Of a DNA stretch of 64,000 bases, positions 39,187 through 48,193 are shown in pieces. Where the stretch lies: contig OZ242195.1 in assembly GCA_965205975.1 (NCBI GenBank), forward strand, positions 1,824,001 through 1,888,000, written 5' to 3'. The notes under the pieces were generated by a model. The model had not been told where the DNA came from. It did not search any database and saw only the letters and a program-made list of their open reading frames with translations. Source of the stretch: Candidatus Latescibacterota bacterium (GTDB lineage Bacteria > Latescibacterota > UBA2968). The translations under genes and the position numbers were made by a program. Each line of letters begins with the position of its first letter. Position 1 is the first letter of the stretch.

Positions 39187-40234
39187 ACGCGATGTGTGAC
39201 TTCAAAATGTTACGAGGCCGTCAAAATCCAGCGGGTCTCTGTAATTGATGATATTTAGAAAGACACACATGGTATGGGTTAAGATTTTGGTATGCCACAA
39301 GTTTAATAGATGCCAAGCATCTCGCACTTTCATGCGCGCAATATGCAAACGTTCAGTCAATTGTGCGTAAACGGTTTCGACTAATCGCCTTGTGGTTCTC
39401 TTGGCTTTGGGCAAAATGAAAGGGGTGCGTTGTGGATTGTCTTTCATATTGGACTTTAAGGGTGTCTTTATGCGTATGCGGTAGGTATCAAAGCACCTTT
39501 TTTGCCAGTCCAAATCCATAAATGCTGAATCGGCTAAGACGGTTGTATCTCCCATCGTGCCTTCTATGAGTGCGTCTCGGCACTGCTTGTCGTGTCCATA
39601 GGCTTGCAGGATAGGCGCGTGGAGGATAAGGCCATAATCCGTGATCCTCAGACCGCCCTTAAAACCAAAATACGCTTCGTTTTTGGCTGCGCAAAAGCCT
39701 TTTGAAGGGATAGGGAACTCAAAGACGGGCTCACCTCTAAAAATCTTGCGCGTATGTCGCCTTGCCAGTTTACAGATGGGTAAGGGCAAGGTGTCTATGA
39801 TCTGACAGGACGCCTGATGCCCTTCGAGGCAGGCCACAATCCGCTGTTGCATCCACATCTTGACAACCCACAAATTGGCACATTGACGCACAAAGGCCGG
39901 ACGATCTTTCAAAGTGGGAAACCAGTCTATAAAGTGTTCTTTCATCTGCTCATAAAGTTTCTTCTGGCTTGAATACCCCAAAAAGTGACCCACGATTTCT
40001 ATGGTGAGGCATTCCACATCACTTAAACCGGGTTCAAAGCCTGCCCGACGCGGCTTGCCATGCACCTCACAATACGCTGGATAGAGGTCGTCTTCAATAA
40101 AACAGTAGATTGTAATGACAAAAAGGGCTAAATTATACATTGGAGGTTCCTTTCGTTGCATGGCTTCTTGTTTTACGGACAATCCAAGATAGCCGAGGAA
40201 CCTCTTTTTGTCTATTTAAAGTCACACATCACGT
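39187..40234 (-). mobile_element. IS982-family insertion sequence (1048 bp)
   Basis: Terminal IRs acgcgatgtgtgactt / aagtcacacatcacgt; 9-bp target duplication TATTACTTA at 39178-86 and 40235-43. Confidence 0.9.
39202..40140 (-). CDS. IS982-family DDE transposase
   Basis: LSDVECLTI, IIDTLPLPIC, YFGFK, VLADSAF, RRLVETVYAQL; start probably MYNLAL. Confidence 0.88.
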   Translation of the reverse strand: MYNLALFVITIYCFIEDDLYPAYCEVHGKPRRAGFEPGLSDVECLTIEIVGHFLGYSSQKKLYEQMKEHFIDWFPTLKDRPAFVRQCANLWVVKMWMQQRIVACLEGHQASCQIIDTLPLPICKLARRHTRKIFRGEPVFEFPIPSKGFCAAKNEAYFGFKGGLRITDYGLILHAPILQAYGHDKQCRDALIEGTMGDTTVLADSAFMDLDWQKRCFDTYRIRIKTPLKSNMKDNPQRTPFILPKAKRTTRRLVETVYAQLTERLHIARMKVRDAWHLLNLWHTKILTHTMCVFLNIINYRDPLDFDGLVTF

Positions 40235-40511
40235 TATTACTTATTATTGCATGTAGAACTTGATAGAATTAGTGCTCAGTCTGGTGTGCCGGGTCTAAAC
40301 AGAAATGATGCGTATAAAATTTCAATATCAATACCGTCTTCTGTCGAGCAAAAAGGAATCACTCGAACACTAGACGCAGGAAACCGTGAAATTGATCTAC
40401 TCAACCAACTCGCCGAGAAATACCGCACACAAAAACGCGGATTGATGCAGAAGTTGCTGACGGGAAAGTGGAGGGTAAAACCAAACACGAAGGCGAGGAT
40501 GTGAATTTTAT

Positions 40512-40577
40512 AAAAAAAGGAGCGACCAGCCTCAAATGAGGAGGATTACTGAAAAGGAGCAATCCTCACTGGTCACT
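40512..40577 (-). ncRNA. Candidate structured sRNA, antisense to the island transcript
   Basis: Minus-strand TTGACA(40612-07)-17 bp-CATGAT; outer stem agtgaccag/ctggtcgct enclosing two hairpins; ends in T7. Confidence 0.45.
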
Positions 40578-40641
40578 AATATGATCATGTGCCATTATGC
40601 TGCATTTGTCAACCAAGTAAATGCTTAAAACAAAAAAATTA

Positions 40642-40701
40642 ACTCAAAAACGCGGATTGATGCAGAAATTGCTAACTGGCAAGTGGAAAATAAAAATATA
40701 A
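40642..40701 (+). repeat. Second, diverged copy of the hsdS 3' end
   Basis: actcaaaaacgcggattgatgcagaaattgctaactggcaagtgg (TQKRGLMQKLLTGKWKIKI*) versus 40427-40471. Confidence 0.85.
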
Positions 40702-40711
40702 GGTAATAAAT

Positions 40712-43700
40712 ATGGCTACATCAAAACGAAATTATTCACAAAGGACACAGAGGATTCTGGACATCCAGAGCTTAAATCAATGTGCATTCCCAGGATGTAC
40801 GAGCCCTTTGGTCGAGCCAGGCGCCGGACAATCAGGCCCTGCTGTTATTAGTGATATATGCCACATTTATGCTTCGAGCCCTAGTGGTCCAAGAGGGCAA
40901 GGGGGTCTCACAGAAGATGAACTAAAGTCTATAGATAACCTGATTTTGCTTTGCCCGAATCACCATAGGGTGGTGGACCGTCAACCTGAAACTTATACAG
41001 CTGAATTGCTCAAACAATGGAAGGAAGAGCATGAAGCTAAAGTGAACAAGCAACGCCCTGCTGGCTTAGATATTATAAGGGAAATCGTTGATCAAAAAAT
41101 TAAGGATGAAACCGATATACTCCGCAAATCTCGCTTTTTTGCCGAGTTTAACAGTACCCTATATTCATTAGAACTCGCAAGAAAGTTGGTAGAAGGAGAA
41201 CTTTCGGTTGGTACTAATGCTGTAAGGAGACAGGCCCTTGCTTGGTGTGTGCGAATCCTATCTGCCAAAAAATTGGATAAAGCAAAAGAATATCTCTATC
41301 ATGCGAAAAAAATAGGTACTTGTGAAGAAATAGATATAGCAGATGCCTTTATATCGTCACAGAAGGGTGATAAAAGCACTGCTCTAAGTGCTCTGACAAG
41401 CATTGATTCACCAATGTCTCTGTCCGCAGCCCTCATAGTTGTCGCAAATCATGATGGGTCACAGGAGGCTATTGACTGGCTAAAGACAGTCGGTATTGAC
41501 ACTGCTGATTTGGCCCCCGAAGGCAAACGGTTTCTTTTGCAGTGTCAGCTTGAACTCGCTGATTGGGAGGCAGCACAAGAATGTCTTGATGTACTGAGTG
41601 ATGACGATTTGCGTGATGCCCCAGTCCTCCATCACTTGAAGGCTATAACACACCTTCTAAGAGCAGTGCCAGATGAACTTCGCTCTAGCATACTTCAACA
41701 ACCACCTTTTGAAGCTGTCAAATTTCCTCTTGGATCAGATGCAGATGCAATTGAAGCCCGCCGACTGGCACACCACCACTTTATAGAGGCTCAAAAAGTA
41801 GCAAATCAGTTAAATTTTCCACAGGCAGCAGCAATAGATAATGAGTACGCACTGTGGCTTGAACTCAAGGATCCCAATGAATCGGACAATGGGCGGAAAC
41901 GGCTGGAAGTTGAACTTAGCGATCCCAAGTCCGCTCTACACCTCGTTCATCTCGGATTTCAATTTGGCATAGAATTAGATACAGCATTAGTCGAACGGGA
42001 GATCGAAAGACAAATTGCTCTCAATGGCAAAACGACCTATGACGCGGCAAAAGCGCGTCTTGCTATCGTTTTCAGGCAACAGACGCCGAAGGAGGCCACA
42101 AATTATATCGCTCGGTACTACGACGAACTTGTCGACCATATTAGTAAAAAATCACTACTGTTTCTCCAAATAGATCTGTTTTCTCAAACTGGACAGATAG
42201 GAAAGGCAAAAGAGTGCTTAGACATCCTTTTAAAAGAAGGACTGCCTGAGATAGATAAAAGCCGGCTTGAGTTCATAATTGCTGAGGCAGAAGGAGAAAT
42301 TGATCCGGTTGAGAGTCTCAAAGAGCAGTTTCAAAAAACAAACGCCCTTAATGATTTGGAAAACCTTGTCCGCAGGCTCAAAGAACAAGATGACTGGAAC
42401 GGTCTTTGCGAATATAGCGAAATTCTGTTTGACAGAACCGGCGAGTTGCGCCAAGCGGAGGATTTAGCACTCGCTTTATACAATACACAAAAGAATGAAC
42501 AACTTATAAAGTTTCTGAAATCAAACAAAGAACTTTTAACGCAGTCCGAACTACTACAAATGCTCTATTGCTGGGCTTTGTTTTTCGAGGGCGATTTACT
42601 CAAGGCTCGCTCCGAATTAAAAAAATTAAATGGTGATTGGGATGATGAGAAAAACCGCAAATTACATCTTTATCTTACAATCTCTTTGGGTGATTGGCCT
42701 GATCTTTCTGAATTTGTAGTTAAAGAGTATCAGAAGAAAGACAAGAGAAATGCTCAAGAATTGATACAAATTGCTCAACTGGCCCTTCAAGTGAACTCAC
42801 CCTATGCAAAAGAGTTGATACAGGCGGCGGCAAACAAAGGGAATAATAATGCTGATGTATTAGGAACCGCCCATTTTCTTGCAGCAAGAGCAGGTTTGGA
42901 AGATGATCCAGAGGTCTCTCAGTGGATTCAACAAGCCGTTGTGCTCTCTGGTGACGATGGACCAATCTGGAAAATGACGCTAAAAGATTTCTGGGATCAA
43001 GTGCCAAATTGGAATCGTCAAGCCTCTGAAATATGGCATCAGTTGAGACGTGGCGAGATCCCGATGTTTCTTGCCGCAGAAGGTACCAATAGGTCCCTTA
43101 GTGATTTGATGCTTTTCCCCGCTTTGGCGAATCCATCAGTAAACGATCCTCGGCGGAGAGTCATCATCCCTGCATATAGCGGTCAGCGACACCCGTTATC
43201 TCTCGATATCAATAGACAAATCGGAATGGATGCAACCACATTGCTCACTTTGAGTCTTTTGAATCTGTTGGACGATGCACTGGACGCTTTTGATACGATC
43301 CACATACCACATTCAACTCTTCGCTGGCTTTTTGATGAAAAACAGAGAGTTGCATTCCATCAGCCAAGCCGGATCAAAGATGCGAAAGAAGTATCTAATT
43401 TATTGAACACTGGTGCGTTAGAAAAATTCTCGCCAAGTACTGTGCCCAACAGTGATTTATCCATCCAAGTTGGAGACGTGTTGGCACAATTTATAGCAGA
43501 GGCAGAAAAAGCGAGCGACAATGACAATACTCAACGCATCGTCGTGCAGCCATCCCCTGTTTATCGGGTTGTCTCTCTGATGGAAGAAGAAGCAGACTTA
43601 CAAGCGCATGAAACCGTGTTGAATAGTTGCCAAGCTATTGTGGAGAAGTTGAGACAAAAGGGCCAGATTACGGCGAATGAAGCACAGAAGGCATGTGACT

Positions 43701-44782
43701 ATTTGCAACTTCACGAGAAACCCTGGTCAAACCAGCCAGATATAGCTGATGGAGCAATACTGTATTTAAGTGACCTGGCTATAGCCTATTTTCAGTATCT
43801 CGGAATATTGGAAAAGCTGCATGCTGCTGGCCTCAAACCTATTATTTCGCCCCAAAAGGTATCTGAAATAAATCAACTCATTTCTTATGAAAATATTTCT
43901 GAAAAGGCCGAAAATACCATAGAACACATACGGCTGGCCGTCAATTCACGGATAGAGACAGAAAAAATACAGATAGGCAGACAATTCTATGTCGATCAAC
44001 CAATAGACAGGTCAATATCCGAACATCCAAGTGTGGGTATTTTCTCATTAGAGAAGGGCTGCAACGCAATCATTATGGACGACAGAGTCCTCAACCAACA
44101 TGCCAATTCCAATCATAGCGACCCACCTATGCCGATATTTTCAACATTGGACCTTATAGATGCACTGGTCTCTAATGGTTCTAAAATACCTGAAGAACGA
44201 CGAGAGTACAGGACCCAACTTCGTAGAGCTGGATACGTATTTATCCCCGTAAGCGTAGATGAACTTGCCCATCATCTTGAAACCTCTGAGGTTGTGGATG
44301 GCAAAGTTGTTGAGACAGCCGAATTAAAAGCTATCCGCGAAAATATTCTTCTCGTTCGAATGAGTACCTGGCTTCAACTTCCAGAAGAAGCATATTGGCT
44401 TGTTGAGTTGCAAAAAACTTTTGTCCATGTGCTAAAAGATCAGTGGAAAGCCGATGCTGACTTTTCGGTTGCCCGGACCCACTCTGACTGGATCTTGGAT
44501 CAAATTGGCATCCATGGCTGGGCACATAGCTATGGCCCTGAGATCGGATCCAACATTGTCAAGACGGGAAGTAGCGCACATATTATGGCGGTGCTCACAC
44601 CCCCAGTTGAAGAACCACAGAAAGTCAGGAAGGAATACTGGAATTGGGTTGAAGGGAGAGTTTTAGCTCCGATCAAAGAACAATATCCCGATCTGTACCT
44701 CGAGCTTGTCGAATGGCACCGAAGATGGATTGCAAAAATTGCTGATATGGATATGATTGAGGAAAGGAAAAATGATGAATAG
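40712..44782 (+). CDS. Large putative defence protein: N-terminal HNH nuclease, TPR-like helical region, C-terminal tandem PIN-like domains
   Basis: CAFPGC...ICHIYASSPSGPR...NLILLCPNHHRVVD (Zn-binding HNH); long all-helical middle; IGMDATTLLTL..L..L..F..IHIPHST, LYLSDLA and IIMDDRVL PIN-like motifs. Confidence 0.75.
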   Translation: MATSKRNYSQRTQRILDIQSLNQCAFPGCTSPLVEPGAGQSGPAVISDICHIYASSPSGPRGQGGLTEDELKSIDNLILLCPNHHRVVDRQPETYTAELLKQWKEEHEAKVNKQRPAGLDIIREIVDQKIKDETDILRKSRFFAEFNSTLYSLELARKLVEGELSVGTNAVRRQALAWCVRILSAKKLDKAKEYLYHAKKIGTCEEIDIADAFISSQKGDKSTALSALTSIDSPMSLSAALIVVANHDGSQEAIDWLKTVGIDTADLAPEGKRFLLQCQLELADWEAAQECLDVLSDDDLRDAPVLHHLKAITHLLRAVPDELRSSILQQPPFEAVKFPLGSDADAIEARRLAHHHFIEAQKVANQLNFPQAAAIDNEYALWLELKDPNESDNGRKRLEVELSDPKSALHLVHLGFQFGIELDTALVEREIERQIALNGKTTYDAAKARLAIVFRQQTPKEATNYIARYYDELVDHISKKSLLFLQIDLFSQTGQIGKAKECLDILLKEGLPEIDKSRLEFIIAEAEGEIDPVESLKEQFQKTNALNDLENLVRRLKEQDDWNGLCEYSEILFDRTGELRQAEDLALALYNTQKNEQLIKFLKSNKELLTQSELLQMLYCWALFFEGDLLKARSELKKLNGDWDDEKNRKLHLYLTISLGDWPDLSEFVVKEYQKKDKRNAQELIQIAQLALQVNSPYAKELIQAAANKGNNNADVLGTAHFLAARAGLEDDPEVSQWIQQAVVLSGDDGPIWKMTLKDFWDQVPNWNRQASEIWHQLRRGEIPMFLAAEGTNRSLSDLMLFPALANPSVNDPRRRVIIPAYSGQRHPLSLDINRQIGMDATTLLTLSLLNLLDDALDAFDTIHIPHSTLRWLFDEKQRVAFHQPSRIKDAKEVSNLLNTGALEKFSPSTVPNSDLSIQVGDVLAQFIAEAEKASDNDNTQRIVVQPSPVYRVVSLMEEEADLQAHETVLNSCQAIVEKLRQKGQITANEAQKACDYLQLHEKPWSNQPDIADGAILYLSDLAIAYFQYLGILEKLHAAGLKPIISPQKVSEINQLISYENISEKAENTIEHIRLAVNSRIETEKIQIGRQFYVDQPIDRSISEHPSVGIFSLEKGCNAIIMDDRVLNQHANSNHSDPPMPIFSTLDLIDALVSNGSKIPEERREYRTQLRRAGYVFIPVSVDELAHHLETSEVVDGKVVETAELKAIRENILLVRMSTWLQLPEEAYWLVELQKTFVHVLKDQWKADADFSVARTHSDWILDQIGIHGWAHSYGPEIGSNIVKTGSSAHIMAVLTPPVEEPQKVRKEYWNWVEGRVLAPIKEQYPDLYLELVEWHRRWIAKIADMDMIEERKNDE

Positions 44783-46703
44783 CCCTTATGTCAAATCTGC
44801 ATTGGCACAAACAGCTTTGGATCTTACTCCTCCACTTATACGTGAGACTTTGCTTAAGGAGTCTAATTTTCGGGATGAGTACAGTCTCACAGCGAATGTG
44901 ACTCTTTCCTTTCCCGATATTGATACTACATTTCACCTTTCCAGCCTGTACGATGCTATCCGAAGCGTTCTTGCAGGTGCATCAGAAAAGAAAGTGATTG
45001 ATACGGAAGGCCAAAAGTGGAGGCTAAAAAACATCGGCAAGAAAGGAGAGCCGCATCTTTCACTTTCTCGCGGCGAAAAGCATTTCTCTCTTCCTGACCT
45101 TGCGACACTTTCTCCAGATAGAGATACACGTCTACGTTTTCTTGATGAAGCTATTTTTGACGTTAATCTTCCCAGCAGTGTATCAGATCAATGGCGTAAT
45201 ATTCTTTCGGAACGCGCCCTCGAAGATGACGAAGTTGATACGTGTCTTAGTGAGTTTCGCAATACACCAGTTGAAATGGTACGTGCCATACAGAGTGAGA
45301 TTATGGCGGGACAAAGTAACTTGTCCTCGCTGGTTCCTTCTTCCCATAGATATTTTGAAAGACTTGTGGGCGTATATGACGACAGTCCTACCATTCGCGA
45401 TTATGCTGCCAGTGGTGGTAGAAAGCTCTTTGCTCAACTGTCTGCGTGGCGACCCTATGACGGCTTTTTATTTAGCCTCCTTCTGTCATCACACACCTCG
45501 CTAACAGATGAAATCAATGTCGATCAGTTGAGTAGTGAAGATCTTGTACGCGCCTACGATTTTTTGGCAAAACATGGTGATAGAATTTCGCAGTTGGGTG
45601 CTATTGAAGTCGGCTTGCGCGTTCTTCCATCAAGGCCTGAGATAGAACAGGGTCTTATCAGTCTCATTGAGCAAATTCGTGATGACGATATTGAGGGACA
45701 AACAAGCGATTTCAAACTACTCTGGGCATTGTTTTGCCTTGTGGATGGAGAGCTATCAAGGACCCGTCTTTTGTCTTCGAAACCACCTTTTTATAGAAGA
45801 TTAGCAGCCTTATCACAGGCTGCATTGATTCATCGCCAGCATGTGAATTTACCTATTGATGTTGACATTGACCGCTTCAGTAAATGGACTTTTAGCAATC
45901 GTGGACAACAATATTACCTCCAATCGCTGGTCGATATGCGTTTGGAACCGCGCTGGGATCCCTATCTTGCAATGGCTTCGCAAATGAAGGCATATTTCTT
46001 TGGTCGCATACTGAGCGCAGCAAAGAAATACGAGCAGAATATAAAGGGTAATCAAATATACGATTTAGTACTCGCAAACAAGACCGGAAGCCCTCAGCCT
46101 TTTGGTGATGACCCTGAGACATGGTTACCTGGTCCATTAGAGGGAGAGGAAAAAACGCAAAAGAATTTGCCAGCCGAAATCGCAGAAACAATTGAGACAC
46201 AGATCCGGAAAGATGAAGTAGGACCATTGTCGTTTGTTGCGCTTGTTAATTTCGCCTTGATTTTTCCTTTTAGTACAGATCATGCTGAATTGGCGGCAAA
46301 AGCATTACAGCGTGCTAACTATCGAATTCCGGACATAGAAGACAGATCGCAGCTTGTTATTATATTAGATGGACTGGCTAAGGTTGCCGCCGTTTCGAGG
46401 AGTTTAACACTCGCGGATGAATTGCAAATCCTTGTACGTAGATACAGGCATGATGCTGAGTATGAGTTGTCCATACAAGAGGTCATAAGAATCTGCCTCT
46501 TAGCCGCTGCAAGTCGTTCAGATCTGAGTGAATGGACAAAATTTGTCGGTGACTGGCTAACGGAACTCGCATTTGGCGATTTGAAAGACGAAGAAGCACA
46601 AGGACTCCATTTGTGCTTAAATAGTCTTTGTCATGCAGTTCCTGAGCTATGGGTATCCTGCGGAAGAGCCGATGCCGCTCTATCCGCTTTGATAAACAAA
46701 TGA
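44772..46703 (+). CDS. Uncharacterised 643-aa helical protein translationally coupled to the HNH-TPR-PIN gene
   Basis: Long ORF; ATG overlaps the upstream stop; RBS gaggaaagg; no catalytic motif recognised. Confidence 0.8.
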   Translation: MMNSPYVKSALAQTALDLTPPLIRETLLKESNFRDEYSLTANVTLSFPDIDTTFHLSSLYDAIRSVLAGASEKKVIDTEGQKWRLKNIGKKGEPHLSLSRGEKHFSLPDLATLSPDRDTRLRFLDEAIFDVNLPSSVSDQWRNILSERALEDDEVDTCLSEFRNTPVEMVRAIQSEIMAGQSNLSSLVPSSHRYFERLVGVYDDSPTIRDYAASGGRKLFAQLSAWRPYDGFLFSLLLSSHTSLTDEINVDQLSSEDLVRAYDFLAKHGDRISQLGAIEVGLRVLPSRPEIEQGLISLIEQIRDDDIEGQTSDFKLLWALFCLVDGELSRTRLLSSKPPFYRRLAALSQAALIHRQHVNLPIDVDIDRFSKWTFSNRGQQYYLQSLVDMRLEPRWDPYLAMASQMKAYFFGRILSAAKKYEQNIKGNQIYDLVLANKTGSPQPFGDDPETWLPGPLEGEEKTQKNLPAEIAETIETQIRKDEVGPLSFVALVNFALIFPFSTDHAELAAKALQRANYRIPDIEDRSQLVIILDGLAKVAAVSRSLTLADELQILVRRYRHDAEYELSIQEVIRICLLAAASRSDLSEWTKFVGDWLTELAFGDLKDEEAQGLHLCLNSLCHAVPELWVSCGRADAALSALINK

Positions 46704-46760
46704 TCCATCTAACCAGAAAATTCGTTCGCCCTTGCATCTAACGGCTTTCCCTCTGGACCT

Positions 46761-48193
46761 GGTGTTGTCCCTATATTAGTTGAAATAGTAGAGGCTCCAA
46801 TGTAAATTGGATACAGCAGATTCAACCGTGAAAACGCTGTGTCCACAACCAAAGGAGCCCGTGATGAAAAAAGTATCGCACAAAGCCCCCAAAGTCAAGG
46901 CAATCCACAAAGACGATGCAACGTCCCAGACACCCACACAAGAAGAACTGGACATACTGGATACCCGCATCGCGCTGATCCAGGCCTTGATCCCATTAGG
47001 ATTAGACGCCGTGGCAGAAGAATTGCAGGAGGAAGTGAGCCGCTTGGCCGGGGACAGATACAGTCGCAAAGACACCGAAAACCCCAATCGTCGGTGGGGC
47101 AGTCAACAAGGGTCTGTGTATCTGGCCGATCAAAAAGTGCCGATCTCTGTACCGAGGGTACGTAATGTGGAGAGGGATGAGGAAGTCTGCCTTGAGACCT
47201 ATCATCACCTCCAAGTTCCCAGACGTATGGATGAAGGGCTGCTCCTTCGCGTGATCAAAGGCATTGCGACTCGGTCTTATCAAGCCTGCGCTGAGGCGAT
47301 CCCGAAAGCCTTTGGGCTGTCCTCATCAACGGTATCGAGACGTTTTATCAAGGCGTCGGCACAAAAGCTGAAGCAGTTCCGTGAACGCTCTTTAGCGCCG
47401 TATGACTTGGTTGCCCTCTTTATAGATGGCAAGACCTTTGCAGACCAAGAGATGATCATTGCTCTGGGCGTGACGATAGAAGGGCACAAAATCCCAATAG
47501 GCTTTGTCCAGGCTGCCACTGAGAACGAACGCGTCTGTCGGCAGTTTATACAGTCTCTCATCAATCGTGGCTTGGTCTATCACAAGGGCCTGCTGTGTCT
47601 TATTGACGGCTCAAAAGGCTTGTATGCTGCCCTTACAAAGGCATTGGACGGTTACGTGGTCATCCAACGTTGTCAGTGGCACAAGAGAGAGAACGTGCTT
47701 TCCTATCTGCCTAAAAATAAACAGGATCAGATCAAAAAGGCCCTACAAAATGCCTACGACCAGCCCACCTACAAAGATGCTAAAATGGCACTCTTATCCC
47801 TCAAAGCGGAATTGGCCTTGATCAACGAAGACGCGCTCTCCAGCCTTGAAGAAGGAATAGAAGAAACCCTTTCCTTGCATCGCCTCGGACTGATGCCGCA
47901 CTTGAAGCAGTCCTTTCGTACGACAAACTGCATTGAGTCCATAAACTCAATGGTCGCACAAATCACACGAAATGTGAAGAGATGGACAAACTCGAATCAA
48001 CGCAGGAGATGGTTAGCCACCGCTCTGCTGGACATTGAACCCCGATTGCGAAGGGTCAAAGGCTACAAAAGCCTACCCAGGCTCAGGCGCGCACTGCACA
48101 AGCACTTGAAACTCGATACAGACTGGCAAGACCCAATTGCTGCGGATTGAAAACACCGGCCTCAATTATTTCAACTAAATATAGGACTTGACC
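46761..48193 (+). mobile_element. IS256-family insertion sequence (about 1433 bp), no target duplication
   Basis: IRs ggtgttgtccctatattagttgaaata / tatttcaactaaatataggacttgacc; flanks ctggacct and agacaact differ. Confidence 0.85.
46864..48150 (+). CDS. IS256-family (mutator-type) transposase
   Basis: VPRVR, LSSSTVSR, LFIDG, LIDGSKGL, QRCQWHK, RTTNCIES; RBS aaggag. Confidence 0.92.
   Translation: MKKVSHKAPKVKAIHKDDATSQTPTQEELDILDTRIALIQALIPLGLDAVAEELQEEVSRLAGDRYSRKDTENPNRRWGSQQGSVYLADQKVPISVPRVRNVERDEEVCLETYHHLQVPRRMDEGLLLRVIKGIATRSYQACAEAIPKAFGLSSSTVSRRFIKASAQKLKQFRERSLAPYDLVALFIDGKTFADQEMIIALGVTIEGHKIPIGFVQAATENERVCRQFIQSLINRGLVYHKGLLCLIDGSKGLYAALTKALDGYVVIQRCQWHKRENVLSYLPKNKQDQIKKALQNAYDQPTYKDAKMALLSLKAELALINEDALSSLEEGIEETLSLHRLGLMPHLKQSFRTTNCIESINSMVAQITRNVKRWTNSNQRRRWLATALLDIEPRLRRVKGYKSLPRLRRALHKHLKLDTDWQDPIAAD

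Larger units (their letters stand above)
38278..40504 (+). pseudogene. hsdS: Type I R-M specificity subunit interrupted by an IS982-family element
   Basis: 38278-39186 and 40244-40504 rejoin in frame (..RFLYYL-LLHVELDRISAQSGVPGLNR..) to 389 aa with two TRDs, PPLPEQKAIA and KRGLMQKLLTGK. Confidence 0.92.

Noticed and set aside
40247..40504. 85-aa ORF as an independent gene
   Set aside because: It is the in-frame 3' part of the IS-interrupted hsdS.
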